Source of the DNA: a virus
Direction: 5' to 3' (one strand)
Virus record (IMG/VR): IMGVR_UViG_3300020192_000009
Span: 1-64,000 of that record
Length of the DNA stretch: 64,000 bases
Both the position numbers and the translations under genes were made by a program. The notes under the pieces were generated by a model that worked only from the letters and a program-made list of their open reading frames with translations, searched no databases and had not been told where the DNA came from. Shown here in pieces: positions 46,119-56,453 of this stretch (position 1 is its first letter; each line of letters begins with the position of its first letter).

Positions 46119-46882
46119 TAATCAACTACGGAGGCGGTGTTAACAGTCTCGCTATCCTGTGCGGTCTGTACGAACGAGGTATCAAGCCCGCGATCATCGT
46201 GTTCGCCGACACGGGCGGAGAAAAGCCAGAGACTTACGAGAGCATTTCACGTGTTGATGAATGGCTGGCATCTATAGACTGGCCACCCGTTACCCGTGTG
46301 ACAAACGCGGGCCGCACCATCAAACGGCGCGATGGCACAACCGTTGTGTATTCGTCGCTCGAAGACGAATGCTTAAAGACTGAGACGCTACCCTCGCGCG
46401 CGTATGGTTTTGGCCGGTGCGCGGATCACTGGAAGCGTCGCCCCATTGAACGATACTTGCGCAAAGCAGTCACAGGCGAATACACGCAAGCCATTGGCTA
46501 CGATGCGGGGGAAACTGCGCGCGTGAAACACGCGTCAAATCCACGTTCAACACTGTGGTTCCCGCTGATTGATTGGGGTTGGGATCGGGCCGCGTGCTCC
46601 GCAGCCATTGAGCGCCAGGGGTTAAGTATACCTGCTAAATCGGCGTGCTTTTTTTGCCCGTCGTCGAAGAAATCGGAAATACTGGCGTTACCTCTGGACT
46701 TGCGAAAACGTTCGCTAGCAATCGAAGACACGGCCCGCCCCGGTTTCGGCCCTACACTGCACGGCCTGGGACGCCGATTCTCTTGGTCCACGTTTTTGCA
46801 GGCAGACAAGCAGCAACAAGATGCTGCACCTGAATCAATTGTAGAAAGTTGTCTAATGTGCACTGACAGCGAGGATACTTAG
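46106..46882 (+). CDS. PAPS-reductase-like (PP-loop) protein
   Basis: YGGGVNS, FADTGGE, FPL..WGW.R, KSACFFCP. Confidence 0.8.
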   Translation: MLNLIINYGGGVNSLAILCGLYERGIKPAIIVFADTGGEKPETYESISRVDEWLASIDWPPVTRVTNAGRTIKRRDGTTVVYSSLEDECLKTETLPSRAYGFGRCADHWKRRPIERYLRKAVTGEYTQAIGYDAGETARVKHASNPRSTLWFPLIDWGWDRAACSAAIERQGLSIPAKSACFFCPSSKKSEILALPLDLRKRSLAIEDTARPGFGPTLHGLGRRFSWSTFLQADKQQQDAAPESIVESCLMCTDSEDT

Positions 46883-47105
46883 TTATGATCGACCGAACCA
46901 GCAATCGTTCGCGGGACTGGGACATGCAAAAGCGCCAGTGTCGCGACAGGTGGCCAGGGGATCGCGTGTTCACTAGACGCGGTGTTGGCGGCTACGACCC
47001 ATCCGTTGGTGGGTATGTAGTTCCACACTTTTTTTCAAGGGTGCCACGCGGCGGCGCAAACTTGAAGGCTTACAAAAACCGAAAGAACATAGGAACCTAA
47101 GAGCC

Positions 47106-47432
47106 ATGGACACTGCAACCACTAAAAAAGTTGAATACGAAACGCAGCTATTTATAGAAAGCTTCATGGTGCAAATCCGCCGCCGTATGGAAGAGGCAGG
47201 TTTCAGCACCGTACAAGTTGCTCGACGCATCGGCTGGACACCTGATTTATTGCTTAGCGTTTTAGAAGGCGATGAGCGCAATCTGACATTGCGTGACTTG
47301 GCGGATCTCGCTTATGCTGTCAACGCGCGTTGTAACGTCAATTTGTTGCGTGCTGCGATGGCACCGCAAACGGCTTTAGTGGCAGAAACAGGCAATGCTG
47401 CGAGCGGCGTCCCACAACGCAAACGTAAGTAG
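47106..47432 (+). CDS. XRE-type HTH regulator
   Basis: VARRIG...VLEG..NLTLRDLADLA. Confidence 0.7.
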   Translation: MDTATTKKVEYETQLFIESFMVQIRRRMEEAGFSTVQVARRIGWTPDLLLSVLEGDERNLTLRDLADLAYAVNARCNVNLLRAAMAPQTALVAETGNAASGVPQRKRK

Positions 47433-47469
47433 ATATTTCTGTCACTGCCACGAACTGCCACAAACTGTT

Positions 47470-47694
47470 ATGAACCACCAACAAGCAGACCTTGATACGC
47501 TCTTGAATGATCCCGTGTTCGCAGCGCGCTTTGCGCAGCTTGAACGCGATTTGTGCGGGCCCCGCAAACCCAGCGCAGCGAACAAGCCCAACAATAAAAC
47601 ATGCGCCAAATGCTTACGCGTAAATCGTATTCCACACATTGCCCCTGTAGGCGCGCAGCCTCGTTGTGGTGCATGCAAAGCTCCCTTGCTGTAA
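47470..47694 (+). CDS. Zn-ribbon protein
   Basis: CAKC..VNRIP..RCGACKAPL. Confidence 0.55.
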   Translation: MNHQQADLDTLLNDPVFAARFAQLERDLCGPRKPSAANKPNNKTCAKCLRVNRIPHIAPVGAQPRCGACKAPLL

Positions 47695-47697
47695 GGC

Positions 47698-48177
47698 TTG
47701 TCAATGTTCCAATACCAAGTACCCAGCGGCACCACAAACCGCAATTACATGACAGCCGCACGCGCATACGTGAAAGCGCGTGGCATACAAGTACTGCTGC
47801 TATTGTCTACCGGCGTGCTGCTTTATGGCATCACAGCCCTGTGGCCCGCCACAAGTTTCTTGTGCCTTGTGATCATGGTTTATCTATTGTACGGCGAAGG
47901 GCCACCACGTTGTGTGCTGTGGGTACAGCGTTTCTGGCCTGTGCGTCCAGTAGACACACGCTTGCGCATCGTTCACCAAAACAGCACATGCACTATAAGC
48001 AGCTTTCGCGAAGGCACAGCCTCAAATTGCCTCGTAGTCGCGCTACGATCTGAAAGACAAACCAACATGGGAGACTCTATTGTAGTGTTTCACCGCGATA
48101 GCGAATCCCTTGCCGATCTTAAAGAGTTTGAAAATGTTTTGCGCAGCTGGCGCACAACTGGAACTTTGAAACCCTAG
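47698..48177 (+). CDS. membrane protein
   Basis: Two TM helices. Confidence 0.45.
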   Translation: MSMFQYQVPSGTTNRNYMTAARAYVKARGIQVLLLLSTGVLLYGITALWPATSFLCLVIMVYLLYGEGPPRCVLWVQRFWPVRPVDTRLRIVHQNSTCTISSFREGTASNCLVVALRSERQTNMGDSIVVFHRDSESLADLKEFENVLRSWRTTGTLKP

Positions 48178-48212
48178 AACACTTCACTTCACTTCACTCA
48201 AGGAGCACTACG

Positions 48213-48395
48213 TTGACCGTTACAATCACTATCGAAGCGCGTGCTGCAAAACTCTACGCAGCCTTGAAAACTCGCATGAAACGCCTGAGCCTTGGTGACC
48301 AAATGAAATTGGCAACCGTTGAAAGTTTCGACAAACTGCCAACGACACTCAAGACTGCATTAACTGAAGCGCTTGCGGAATCGGATACTGTCTAA
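48213..48395 (+). CDS. hypothetical protein
   Basis: AAGGAG RBS. Confidence 0.5.
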   Translation: MTVTITIEARAAKLYAALKTRMKRLSLGDQMKLATVESFDKLPTTLKTALTEALAESDTV

Positions 48396-49042
48396 TGCCC
48401 CTAGAGATAGACTCAACAGCAGCGTTATTACAAGCTTTGCGGGTGGGGCGCATATCTGTTGCCAAAGACGACTTGCAGTGCGCAATCAACACACACAGCA
48501 CTACAAACTATGCCGGTGACAAGGTTGCGATTCTGGAAATCGCAATGAACGATAACCAACAGGGCTCAAGCAGTCTGCGCACCGATCTACGAAACGGCGT
48601 ATTGCTATTTGAAAGTTTGAACATGCTGTTTGGGGGCAAAATCCCTGTTGACAACAGCCGCAGCGCCGCCGTGCTCCCTAGCTATCCAATGCCAATATTG
48701 CTTCGCCAAGCAGAAGCACGTGCGCAGCAAGACGTGGCATTGCAGGCGCAACAGATGGCGTGGACGGTAACGCCTGATTGCCTAAAATTGATTTGCGACG
48801 AGCACCACTGCGCGAGTGTTATACCTTTTGAAGCTGAATTGTTCGCATGGTTTGTGTACGCCTATGCGTATGTTGAAAACCCAAAACTACTCCACCAAAA
48901 AGGCATTTGCCTTACACAAACACAAGCCATTCTAGAAGCCTCTAAATACGCTGTTGAGTATCGGCTTGAAATTCTCGAAACCACACGTATTGCGCTTGAA
49001 AAACTCGCAGCAGCCACAACACTCGTAAAACCAAAAAGGTAA
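48395..49042 (+). CDS. hypothetical protein
   Basis: TAATG coupling. Confidence 0.5.
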   Translation: MPLEIDSTAALLQALRVGRISVAKDDLQCAINTHSTTNYAGDKVAILEIAMNDNQQGSSSLRTDLRNGVLLFESLNMLFGGKIPVDNSRSAAVLPSYPMPILLRQAEARAQQDVALQAQQMAWTVTPDCLKLICDEHHCASVIPFEAELFAWFVYAYAYVENPKLLHQKGICLTQTQAILEASKYAVEYRLEILETTRIALEKLAAATTLVKPKR

Positions 49043-49046
49043 ATTT

Positions 49047-49352
49047 ATGCCAACGTTCCACTTCACATTCAGAGGCATGACCCTCGCGCGATACATAGTC
49101 GCCGACCTGGAACAATACGTAAGCACCGGAAAGCCGCAAGGCGCATTCATACATGCAGTGCTTTGCAACGATCTGAAAGCCGCGTGCGACCGCGCCGACG
49201 ACAACAACATGCAAATCCTGCCCGCGTATGTTGCGTATTTATATAACAAGTGCCCTCTCGCGTGTTGGGGATCACCTGCAGCGGTAGACGCTTGGATGGC
49301 CGCTGGTGGGCTGACGGGCTTGCAAGCGGCAGCGCCGACAGAGCCCGCATGA
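49047..49352 (+). CDS. conserved phage protein
   Basis: G.F..AVL.NDL..A..RAD..N...CWGS. Confidence 0.65.
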   Translation: MPTFHFTFRGMTLARYIVADLEQYVSTGKPQGAFIHAVLCNDLKAACDRADDNNMQILPAYVAYLYNKCPLACWGSPAAVDAWMAAGGLTGLQAAAPTEPA

Positions 49353-49515
49353 AAATCGTTGCGATAGCCCCGACAGAAACAACCCCCTTTTGGGTGCCGC
49401 TACTCACGGTTGGCCTTGTGGTTGCGATTGCGTTCTTGCTTTTTGCAGGCCTTGACTACATCCGCAAGCAACGTGATGCGCGCGGCCCGGACGACAGCGA
49501 CGAATTGTAACCGGG

Positions 49516-50007
49516 CTACGCACCCTGCCAAGTGATCAACGTATCAGTTTCACGTGTATCAAGATGCGCCCAACGCGGGTACGTCCCGAAACCACCAAGC
49601 ATCGGCAATTTGCCTTGCGCATACAATTGCCCGATCACTGCAATAAACTGCCGCATTGTCGCATAATCGGCAAGTGTCCAGCGACTGACCTTAGCTGGCA
49701 AGCTTGCCGGGCAGATATCAAGCGCCCGCCCTTCCATGTGCTGTGACTTCCGCGCAACGCCGCTTTCACGTTCGGCTTGTGCCGGTGTGCGCCCCGCTGC
49801 AATCAAGCGTCGGACCGAATCGGCGCGTCGCTGCGCGTTGTATGCGGGATCGCGGTAAGCGGAAACCACACGTATTGCTGCGCCATGCGCCTCGCGTACG
49901 ATGTTGAAACCGTTGCGCAACGGGGGCAAGCGAGTCTCCCGCCATTCAAGGGGATACACCACACCGCTTTGACACGCGAGTTCAACGTCAGCGAGATAGT
50001 TTTGCAC
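49516..50007 (-). CDS. peptidase M15-like endolysin
   Basis: SAYR, SQHMEGRALD, HLDTR. Confidence 0.85.
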   Translation of the reverse strand: MQNYLADVELACQSGVVYPLEWRETRLPPLRNGFNIVREAHGAAIRVVSAYRDPAYNAQRRADSVRRLIAAGRTPAQAERESGVARKSQHMEGRALDICPASLPAKVSRWTLADYATMRQFIAVIGQLYAQGKLPMLGGFGTYPRWAHLDTRETDTLITWQGA

Positions 50008-50013
50008 TTTGTC

Positions 50014-50457
50014 TTATGTCCGAATCAGGGCGCGACCCGCAAGCGGTACGGCAAGCAGTACACCTAAGCTGACCACGCCTGGCAAGGTTTTGTTGGTAGG
50101 CCACAATTGCCGTGTCGCCACGCCTACGGCGCCTGCAATGGCGGTTTTGACAACAGTGTATCCAAAAAGCGCTGCAAGACTGGGTGCCGCGCAATCTGGG
50201 GTCCGCGTGCCTGCGCGCTGTGCAAGCAACGAAGGGTAGATGCCGCCAATGGCACCCACACCCGCGCCTACGATTGCGCCCACTGTGGCTCTGCTAGGCG
50301 CAAACGCTTTGCTGGCCACAAAGCCCACACCGGCACCCCCGGCAACAAACGCAAGCTGCGCAAGGCCGCCCATCAAATCGCCTGCAAGCACACCACCATA
50401 AGTTGGTCGCGTGCAAGAAGGTAAAGATCCGTCCCCAAGTCTGCGGCGTTTGGCCAT
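50014..50457 (-). CDS. multi-TM membrane protein
   Basis: MAKRRRLGDG start; about 4 hydrophobic helices. Confidence 0.55.
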   Translation of the reverse strand: MAKRRRLGDGSLPSCTRPTYGGVLAGDLMGGLAQLAFVAGGAGVGFVASKAFAPSRATVGAIVGAGVGAIGGIYPSLLAQRAGTRTPDCAAPSLAALFGYTVVKTAIAGAVGVATRQLWPTNKTLPGVVSLGVLLAVPLAGRALIRT

Positions 50458-50520
50458 TCCCAAAGCTTGCGCGTATGCTGCGTTTTCGTCAAATTCAGCG
50501 TTTCGGTCTACACTCGAAGT

Positions 50521-50964
50521 ATGGGCAATACCCTAGACGATTTGACAAACCCTGGCGCTATTCCGCAGCGCCACAACACCGGGGCGTATTCAAGTCCGTA
50601 CGCCATTGCAGTACAAGCACCACAGCAAGGCTACTTGCCCTATAACGCCGGAAATGGTGGGAACGGCAACAATAACAGCCCGTCAATCATGCAAACTTGG
50701 CAGGTAATCACAGCTGCCATCGCCATGGGCGCAACGCTTGTTGCCGGAGGCTGGTTTGTGGCTGCTCGCGTCTTTGTCACCCAAGATGTCTACAGCACAC
50801 ACAGAACTGAGCAGGTCGAAATCAACACAAGCCTAAAAAGCACAGCAGCACAGAACATTGCGACAGCAAACAGGCTCGAAACCTTGGTCGAAAAGCTAAA
50901 CAACAAACTAGACACTTTGTTGAACGCCAAACTAGACGAACACAACGAACGGCGACGGCGCTAA
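50521..50964 (+). CDS. TM plus coiled-coil protein (lysis-associated?)
   Basis: One TM, C-terminal heptads; TACACT-N6-ATG. Confidence 0.55.
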   Translation: MGNTLDDLTNPGAIPQRHNTGAYSSPYAIAVQAPQQGYLPYNAGNGGNGNNNSPSIMQTWQVITAAIAMGATLVAGGWFVAARVFVTQDVYSTHRTEQVEINTSLKSTAAQNIATANRLETLVEKLNNKLDTLLNAKLDEHNERRRR

Positions 50965-51494
50965 GGCTGCAAAAGTTTCGGTAACGCTGCAAGTGCCTCG
51001 GGATCCTTGTTGAGCATCCGCCGGTTAAACCAGCCCGTGAAACTTGCCAACCGCACCCCGTGTAAGTTTTCCAGCACGAAGCAGTTGAACACTTGGCAAT
51101 CGACCGCGCGGGTATTGAACTTAGCGGCTGTTTGCGTGATTTCCACCAGCAGCGTTTGAATCCGCCTGGCGTCTGCGGGATCCACGAGGGCCCCAAACGG
51201 CGTCTTAAGCAACCGCAAGGTTCGCGTAATTGACCGCGAATACTTAGAGGCTATGGCATTCGCCCGCTTGCGCGCATCAGATACGCTTTGGTGCATGGTG
51301 ACTTGCGCATCGGTCGCACTTTGCGCCACACGAACGGCCTTGGATGTCATGCCGCCTTCGATATGCACGGTGCCCGTGAGAACGAGCAAAGGCCGAAAAT
51401 TCGTGATGAACTTGAACGCCACTGTGTCAGGCGCAGCGGGCAAAATAGACGGCGATTCAGATTGCAAAGTCACGGTGCTAATTATATAACACAT
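50961..51494 (-). CDS. hypothetical protein (start uncertain)
   Basis: ORF divergent from the Dam-like gene. Confidence 0.5.
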   Translation of the reverse strand: MCYIISTVTLQSESPSILPAAPDTVAFKFITNFRPLLVLTGTVHIEGGMTSKAVRVAQSATDAQVTMHQSVSDARKRANAIASKYSRSITRTLRLLKTPFGALVDPADARRIQTLLVEITQTAAKFNTRAVDCQVFNCFVLENLHGVRLASFTGWFNRRMLNKDPEALAALPKLLQP

Positions 51495-51498
51495 TTCC

Positions 51499-52398
51499 GT
51501 GACACCTGCCACCCAAGCGCGCACCCGCCCGACTACGCAGCCAACAGGGGCATTTTTGCGCTGGGTCGGCGGTAAACGCAAGCTTGTGCCACAGCTATTG
51601 GCCCGCGTGCCTGCCCACACGCATTACATTGAGCCGTTTCTGGGCGCAGGCAGTCTGTTTTTTGCGCTAAGCCAAAAAGCGCAAAAAGCGCCCATACCCG
51701 CACTTATCGCCGATTTGAATTGGGAGCTAATCGAAACGTACCAGGCCCTAGGGAGCCAAACCGAAGCCGTGATCCGGACACTGCAAGCCTGTGTGGCGCG
51801 GTTACGCGATGCCGATTGCACCGTGCCGGTGTTCTACGAAGAGATGCGCAGCATGACGCCTCAGGGCCTGCCCCCCGCAGCGATTGCCGCCCGCTTCGTC
51901 GTCCTGAACAAATTGTGTTTCAACGGCATTTACCGTGTGAACAAGAAAGGGACCTTCAATGTCCCTTTGGGTAAATTCACTACATTTCCCAACTTGTGCG
52001 ATGTCGTGCAATTGCGGCACACAGCAAACGTACTGCAAACTTCACGTGCCGAGATTTTGCACCAATCATTTGAAGAGTCGCTAGAAGCTGCAGATCGCGG
52101 TAGTTTTGTGTATTGCGACCCGCCTTACGCGCCTGTGAGCGCCACCGCGGACTTTACGAGTTACACCAAAGAAGCCTTCGACGACGCCGCGCAAACACGG
52201 CTACGCGATTGTTTGGTAAAGGCCCGCGAACGGGGTGCGCATGTCTTGGTGTCCAACTCGAACGCACCGCTGATTCACAAACTGTACGACACAACCTCAT
52301 GGCGCATTGAGAAAATTCAAGTCGGACGCGCGGTCAACAGTGATATAAGCAAGCGGCAACCCGTGACAGAGCTACTCATTGCAGGAGATCCCAGCTAA
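51499..52398 (+). CDS. dam: Dam-like DNA adenine methyltransferase
   Basis: LRWVGGK, EPFLGAGS, FNGIYRVNKKG.FNVP.G, DPPY. Confidence 0.9.
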   Translation: MTPATQARTRPTTQPTGAFLRWVGGKRKLVPQLLARVPAHTHYIEPFLGAGSLFFALSQKAQKAPIPALIADLNWELIETYQALGSQTEAVIRTLQACVARLRDADCTVPVFYEEMRSMTPQGLPPAAIAARFVVLNKLCFNGIYRVNKKGTFNVPLGKFTTFPNLCDVVQLRHTANVLQTSRAEILHQSFEESLEAADRGSFVYCDPPYAPVSATADFTSYTKEAFDDAAQTRLRDCLVKARERGAHVLVSNSNAPLIHKLYDTTSWRIEKIQVGRAVNSDISKRQPVTELLIAGDPS

Positions 52399-52513
52399 AT
52401 GCGTTTTTTGAAAACTTGGATCGCATTTGTTGTATTTGCACTTGCAGTTGGCTTCTGCATCGCTGAAATTGAAAACTTGTTGGGCCAATAACTCGGAAAA
52501 ACGGAAACGAAAC

Positions 52514-52924
52514 ATGACAACCTTGATCGAACAGACACCTGAGTGGGCAGCCGTACGCGAGGCCGAAACGCAAAGCATTGTGACACGCTCGAAACTCGAA
52601 GCGCTTTTGCATGCAACGCGGCCCTTGTGCGAAATTGAGAAAGCGGCGCAATTGTACGCCGCTGCACATGTCACCGCGCAAGCTTGTCATGAAGCGCTCG
52701 TACGCAAGACGCAAGAGCTTGCACCTACCGCGCCGAGCGACACACGGATGGAAGGCGCGCTTGATCGGTTGCTTGAATTAGTCACAAACCAACACACACG
52801 CGCAACCCGCTTTGAAACACACATCGAAACGCTTTTGACCGAGTTACGCCAAAACGTAGCGGAGTTGCAAGCGCGAACGCAAGCCACCGAAGACACAAAA
52901 CGCATACCCGCGTTAAAAGCGTAA
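52514..52924 (+). CDS. coiled-coil hypothetical protein
   Basis: Helical ORF. Confidence 0.5.
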   Translation: MTTLIEQTPEWAAVREAETQSIVTRSKLEALLHATRPLCEIEKAAQLYAAAHVTAQACHEALVRKTQELAPTAPSDTRMEGALDRLLELVTNQHTRATRFETHIETLLTELRQNVAELQARTQATEDTKRIPALKA

Positions 52925-52939
52925 CGCAGCTACAACCTT

Positions 52940-53203
52940 ATGAAAAAGGCACAACGCAAGCGCATCAAAGCGAAACAACGTTCGCACCAAAAGGCGCGCA
53001 CGAAAATAAAACGCATTGAAAACATCCGTGCGGCGTTGTGTCGTTTTACAGAGCCACCTGCAGCAGAATGGACGTTTGTTAAAAGACCACAAATCGACGA
53101 GTCCCCTGGGCTGCAGGCAGGCGATACGTGGGTTTCTGGCGGGAATCGCTGTGTGTGCATGGCTGATGGCACCATCAAACGTGCACCGATCTCTGAAGTG
53201 TAA
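52940..53203 (+). CDS. basic hypothetical protein
   Basis: K/R-rich N-terminus. Confidence 0.45.
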   Translation: MKKAQRKRIKAKQRSHQKARTKIKRIENIRAALCRFTEPPAAEWTFVKRPQIDESPGLQAGDTWVSGGNRCVCMADGTIKRAPISEV

Positions 53204-53420
53204 GGAACACGCATGTCGCATTTGTGCGTACAACAGCGTAAGCAGCGCCGTACTGCGGCCCGCAAACGCGCACGATTGCAACACACACTGCAAGCGCTGC
53301 GAGAGCCCTACGTTGCCGCGAAGCTTTCAGGCGTTGCAGGCTTTTGGTTCCCGCCGCCCGCCCTCCGCATCATCGCAATTGCCACTAACGACCCGATCAG
53401 CGTCCAAGCTGCGATAGCTG

Positions 53421-53723
53421 CTATCCGAGCGCTTCCGTCAGAACCTTGTCAAGCCGAGCCGCCGTCACACTGCCCTCAAGCTTCTTTACGCGACCCTCGC
53501 GGTTCACAATAACCGTCGTGGGTGTTGCTTGGATCTTGAAGTGATCCGCAGCTTTCTGCGTCTCGTGGTCGAAACGGCGTGAAACATCCGGTGCGAATAC
53601 ACGAACACCGCAACGTTTGTATTTCGCAGTAGCTTGCAAAAAACGCGGCATGAATTCGTGACAGGCCGGACAATGGGCCTGCACGAATGTAATGACGAAC
53701 GGTGGTTTCATGGAAGGCGACAT
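53421..53723 (-). CDS. thioredoxin-like protein
   Basis: HCPACH, TPT cis-Pro loop. Confidence 0.75.
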   Translation of the reverse strand: MSPSMKPPFVITFVQAHCPACHEFMPRFLQATAKYKRCGVRVFAPDVSRRFDHETQKAADHFKIQATPTTVIVNREGRVKKLEGSVTAARLDKVLTEALG

Positions 53724-53751
53724 GCGCCTAAGACTAACGCAGGCAACAAGC

Positions 53752-55749
53752 CTACGTCAATGTAGTCCTGTAGGTAGTGCCTCCCATACGAACGCACATG
53801 CTGCGCACGCCAGCGATGTTGGTGGCCCAAACGTCACCGTCAATAACACCAGCGGGATCGGCCCCAAGAATCGGGGTGTTAGCGAGTGACCCAGCCGTCA
53901 ATTTTTTAAGTGGACCGCCATTTGCTTCAGCTACCAGAATGTTGCCGTTCGTATCGGCAAACCCTTCGGCGACAACCTCAGCCCATGTCTTGACCGCAAC
54001 ACCTACCGGTTTAACATCGCCCAAAGTTCCCGTGACAGTATTACCGCTGCCAAACCGAATTGTGGAACCAACGGCAAGCGTAGCGTCTACGCCATAGCCG
54101 ACGTTGCCTGTAGAGCCGATGATGTTCTTAAGCATCACAATGCAAGTGCCCTGCAATTGAATTGCGCCTGGACTCGCGGCATTGTTAATCTCTACCCCAT
54201 CAAGCTGCCCCATGTATTGGCGCAAGATAAGCGTTGAACCGAAATAGACTTTTGGAAAGCTTGTTACACTTGTGCCAGGTCCGATTTGCTGTGCGCTTGA
54301 AGCCGCTGCTATACCGGCCACTACAGGAGGGAGAATAGACCCGCCAGCAATAATAGCCGCGCCGAAAAATGCCCCAAGAAATTGATACTGAATTTTTTCA
54401 GGTGTAGTTATCAGCAGACCCTTGACAATAGCCACGATAACGCCGTCGCCTTTGACCGCGCAAGTGAGGTTAGCTTCACAAGTTATCCCGACCCTGGACG
54501 CGATTGTAACTGCTCCTTCATCAGCATATGACAACGCAAAAGCCTTACCCAATAACAGCGAGATACTAGCGGCGAATTCAAGTGTATTTAGATTTGTAGG
54601 TTGCTGGTTCGTAACTATGTTGCCCACAGACCGATAACGAAATCCCGCAAGCAAAACCGTACGAACAAAATTCCCCGCTGCGCTTAGTCCAATAAGCGTT
54701 TGGGATCCGTCTCCAATGTAACCGTCAAACTCAATGGAAGGCGCGCGTATGGTGAACGTGTCTCCTGCTACTGGAACGATAGAAGGCGAAACGTTAGTAA
54801 CCTCAAACACCGTTGCACTTATAATCCGCTGGATTTGCCACCCTTGAGTGCGCAGCAACGTAGTTACATTACCAGCCCATTGAACCTTTTTACCCGCAAG
54901 TGTGGTCCCCGTGGTCAACGCCCCCGCAGCGATTGTCACGCGTAAAAGTGCTGCATCGTAGCTCTGGACGGTAAACGAATTGTCACCGTTTGGTCCATTA
55001 AATATTGTGTAACAAGCAAAATCCACTTTGTCGTTTGCGTTGTTTGTGAAGTCCGACGCACGAACCCATATAGACTTGTAGCCTGTAATGCCTGCAAGCG
55101 TTTGAACATCAATTGTTCCCGCTGGATTGTTGTATGTGGTTAGTGCGCTGTAGCCTCTGACAAGGATACACATACTGCGTCCAAGTCCATTGCCAGGAAT
55201 TGCGCCTGAAAGGCCAAGCCAGGTTTTTTTCGCGACCGCTTCAAGCGCAGTTGATACGAAAATTGTATTTGGCGCGGCGTCGATGTACCCGACATTTGCA
55301 TCGTTGCCGTTTACGGCATCAACTGCGTAGTACCTAACAATATTCAAAGGCCATGTTGCCTGCCCTGCGCGTTGCACACCCGCCTCTTGCACACTGGCGA
55401 GCACGATTGAACGTGCGGTGTATGCGCCAGCATTTGCAACCGTGCCAACAAGAACTCCCGATGCGGGATCCGTTGTTGCGCTACCCGCTGTACCGGATAA
55501 GTACAAAGGCGCCCCAGGCAACAACGTTGCAGACAAACCCGCAACGCACAAAACATCTGCTTGTCCGCTGGTGGCAATGTTTACGCGAGAACCCGCAGCT
55601 GCAGCACTACCATTATTTTGAACAACGCCTAGCATTGCGGTTGTCGCAAGCGCAACTGTGCCCGCAGCCACAAGCTGTACAATGCTGCCATCAACGGCTG
55701 TAGCTGCGAGCCGGGCAGTTGTGATCAAATTCAATGCAGAGTTAGACAT
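53752..55749 (-). CDS. fibre/spike protein (paralog 1)
   Basis: Shared N-domain, WPL..RYYAVD, beta-rich body, conserved C-terminus. Confidence 0.7.
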   Translation of the reverse strand: MSNSALNLITTARLAATAVDGSIVQLVAAGTVALATTAMLGVVQNNGSAAAAGSRVNIATSGQADVLCVAGLSATLLPGAPLYLSGTAGSATTDPASGVLVGTVANAGAYTARSIVLASVQEAGVQRAGQATWPLNIVRYYAVDAVNGNDANVGYIDAAPNTIFVSTALEAVAKKTWLGLSGAIPGNGLGRSMCILVRGYSALTTYNNPAGTIDVQTLAGITGYKSIWVRASDFTNNANDKVDFACYTIFNGPNGDNSFTVQSYDAALLRVTIAAGALTTGTTLAGKKVQWAGNVTTLLRTQGWQIQRIISATVFEVTNVSPSIVPVAGDTFTIRAPSIEFDGYIGDGSQTLIGLSAAGNFVRTVLLAGFRYRSVGNIVTNQQPTNLNTLEFAASISLLLGKAFALSYADEGAVTIASRVGITCEANLTCAVKGDGVIVAIVKGLLITTPEKIQYQFLGAFFGAAIIAGGSILPPVVAGIAAASSAQQIGPGTSVTSFPKVYFGSTLILRQYMGQLDGVEINNAASPGAIQLQGTCIVMLKNIIGSTGNVGYGVDATLAVGSTIRFGSGNTVTGTLGDVKPVGVAVKTWAEVVAEGFADTNGNILVAEANGGPLKKLTAGSLANTPILGADPAGVIDGDVWATNIAGVRSMCVRMGGTTYRTTLT

Positions 55750-55809
55750 GCGTTTGTTGCCTTAAGTAAGAAGCGTTCGTGCAATTGCAGCTGTAATGTA
55801 CAGATCGCT

Positions 55810-56118
55810 TTACACTCGACACTTTTTACGCAACTTCCGCGTTACCGCTTCCGCGTTACGATCCACGCGGGCATACAATGGCTCCCAATAATCGCTACGA
55901 GCAGCCGAAGGGCCAAGCGCCGCCAAACTTGTGGCAGCCTTACCGTTTGCGTACACAGCATCAAGCAAATTATCAAATGCAGCTTTGCATGTTGCAGCTT
56001 CACTTGCAGCCGTTATGTCACGTTCTACAGCTTTCAACGCCTTGGACAATGCTACAAAGTGAGAGTCTTGGGAGCCGCCGAGACGGCTTACTTTTCGTTT
56101 TCGTTTTTTCGTTGCCAT
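55810..56118 (-). CDS. basic protein (tandem paralog)
   Basis: MATKKRKRKVSRLGGSQ. Confidence 0.65.
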   Translation of the reverse strand: MATKKRKRKVSRLGGSQDSHFVALSKALKAVERDITAASEAATCKAAFDNLLDAVYANGKAATSLAALGPSAARSDYWEPLYARVDRNAEAVTRKLRKKCRV

Positions 56119-56134
56119 GTGAGAAAATTCCTTT

Positions 56135-56440
56135 TTAATACACTCGACACTTTATGAGCGCTGCCTTCGTTATTGCAGCCAGTTCACGGTTCACACTGCG
56201 ATTTTCATCCCGCCAACGGTTACGGGCGGCAAGATTAAGCGAAGTCAAACTTGCAGATACGCGACCTTTCACAAAAGCAGCGTGAAGCAAATGATCAATT
56301 ACGTCTTTGCATGTTGAAGCCTTACTTGCATCTACTACAGCACGTCGTTCAGCAGCAAATGCCAAGAGCAAGTCTTTGGCGTGCAAAGCTTGGGAGCCGC
56401 CTAGAGAGCTTACTTTTCGTTTTCGTTTTTTCGTTGCCAT
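56135..56440 (-). CDS. basic protein (tandem paralog)
   Basis: MATKKRKRKVSSLGGSQ. Confidence 0.65.
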   Translation of the reverse strand: MATKKRKRKVSSLGGSQALHAKDLLLAFAAERRAVVDASKASTCKDVIDHLLHAAFVKGRVSASLTSLNLAARNRWRDENRSVNRELAAITKAALIKCRVY

Positions 56441-56453
56441 GTGAGAAAATTCC

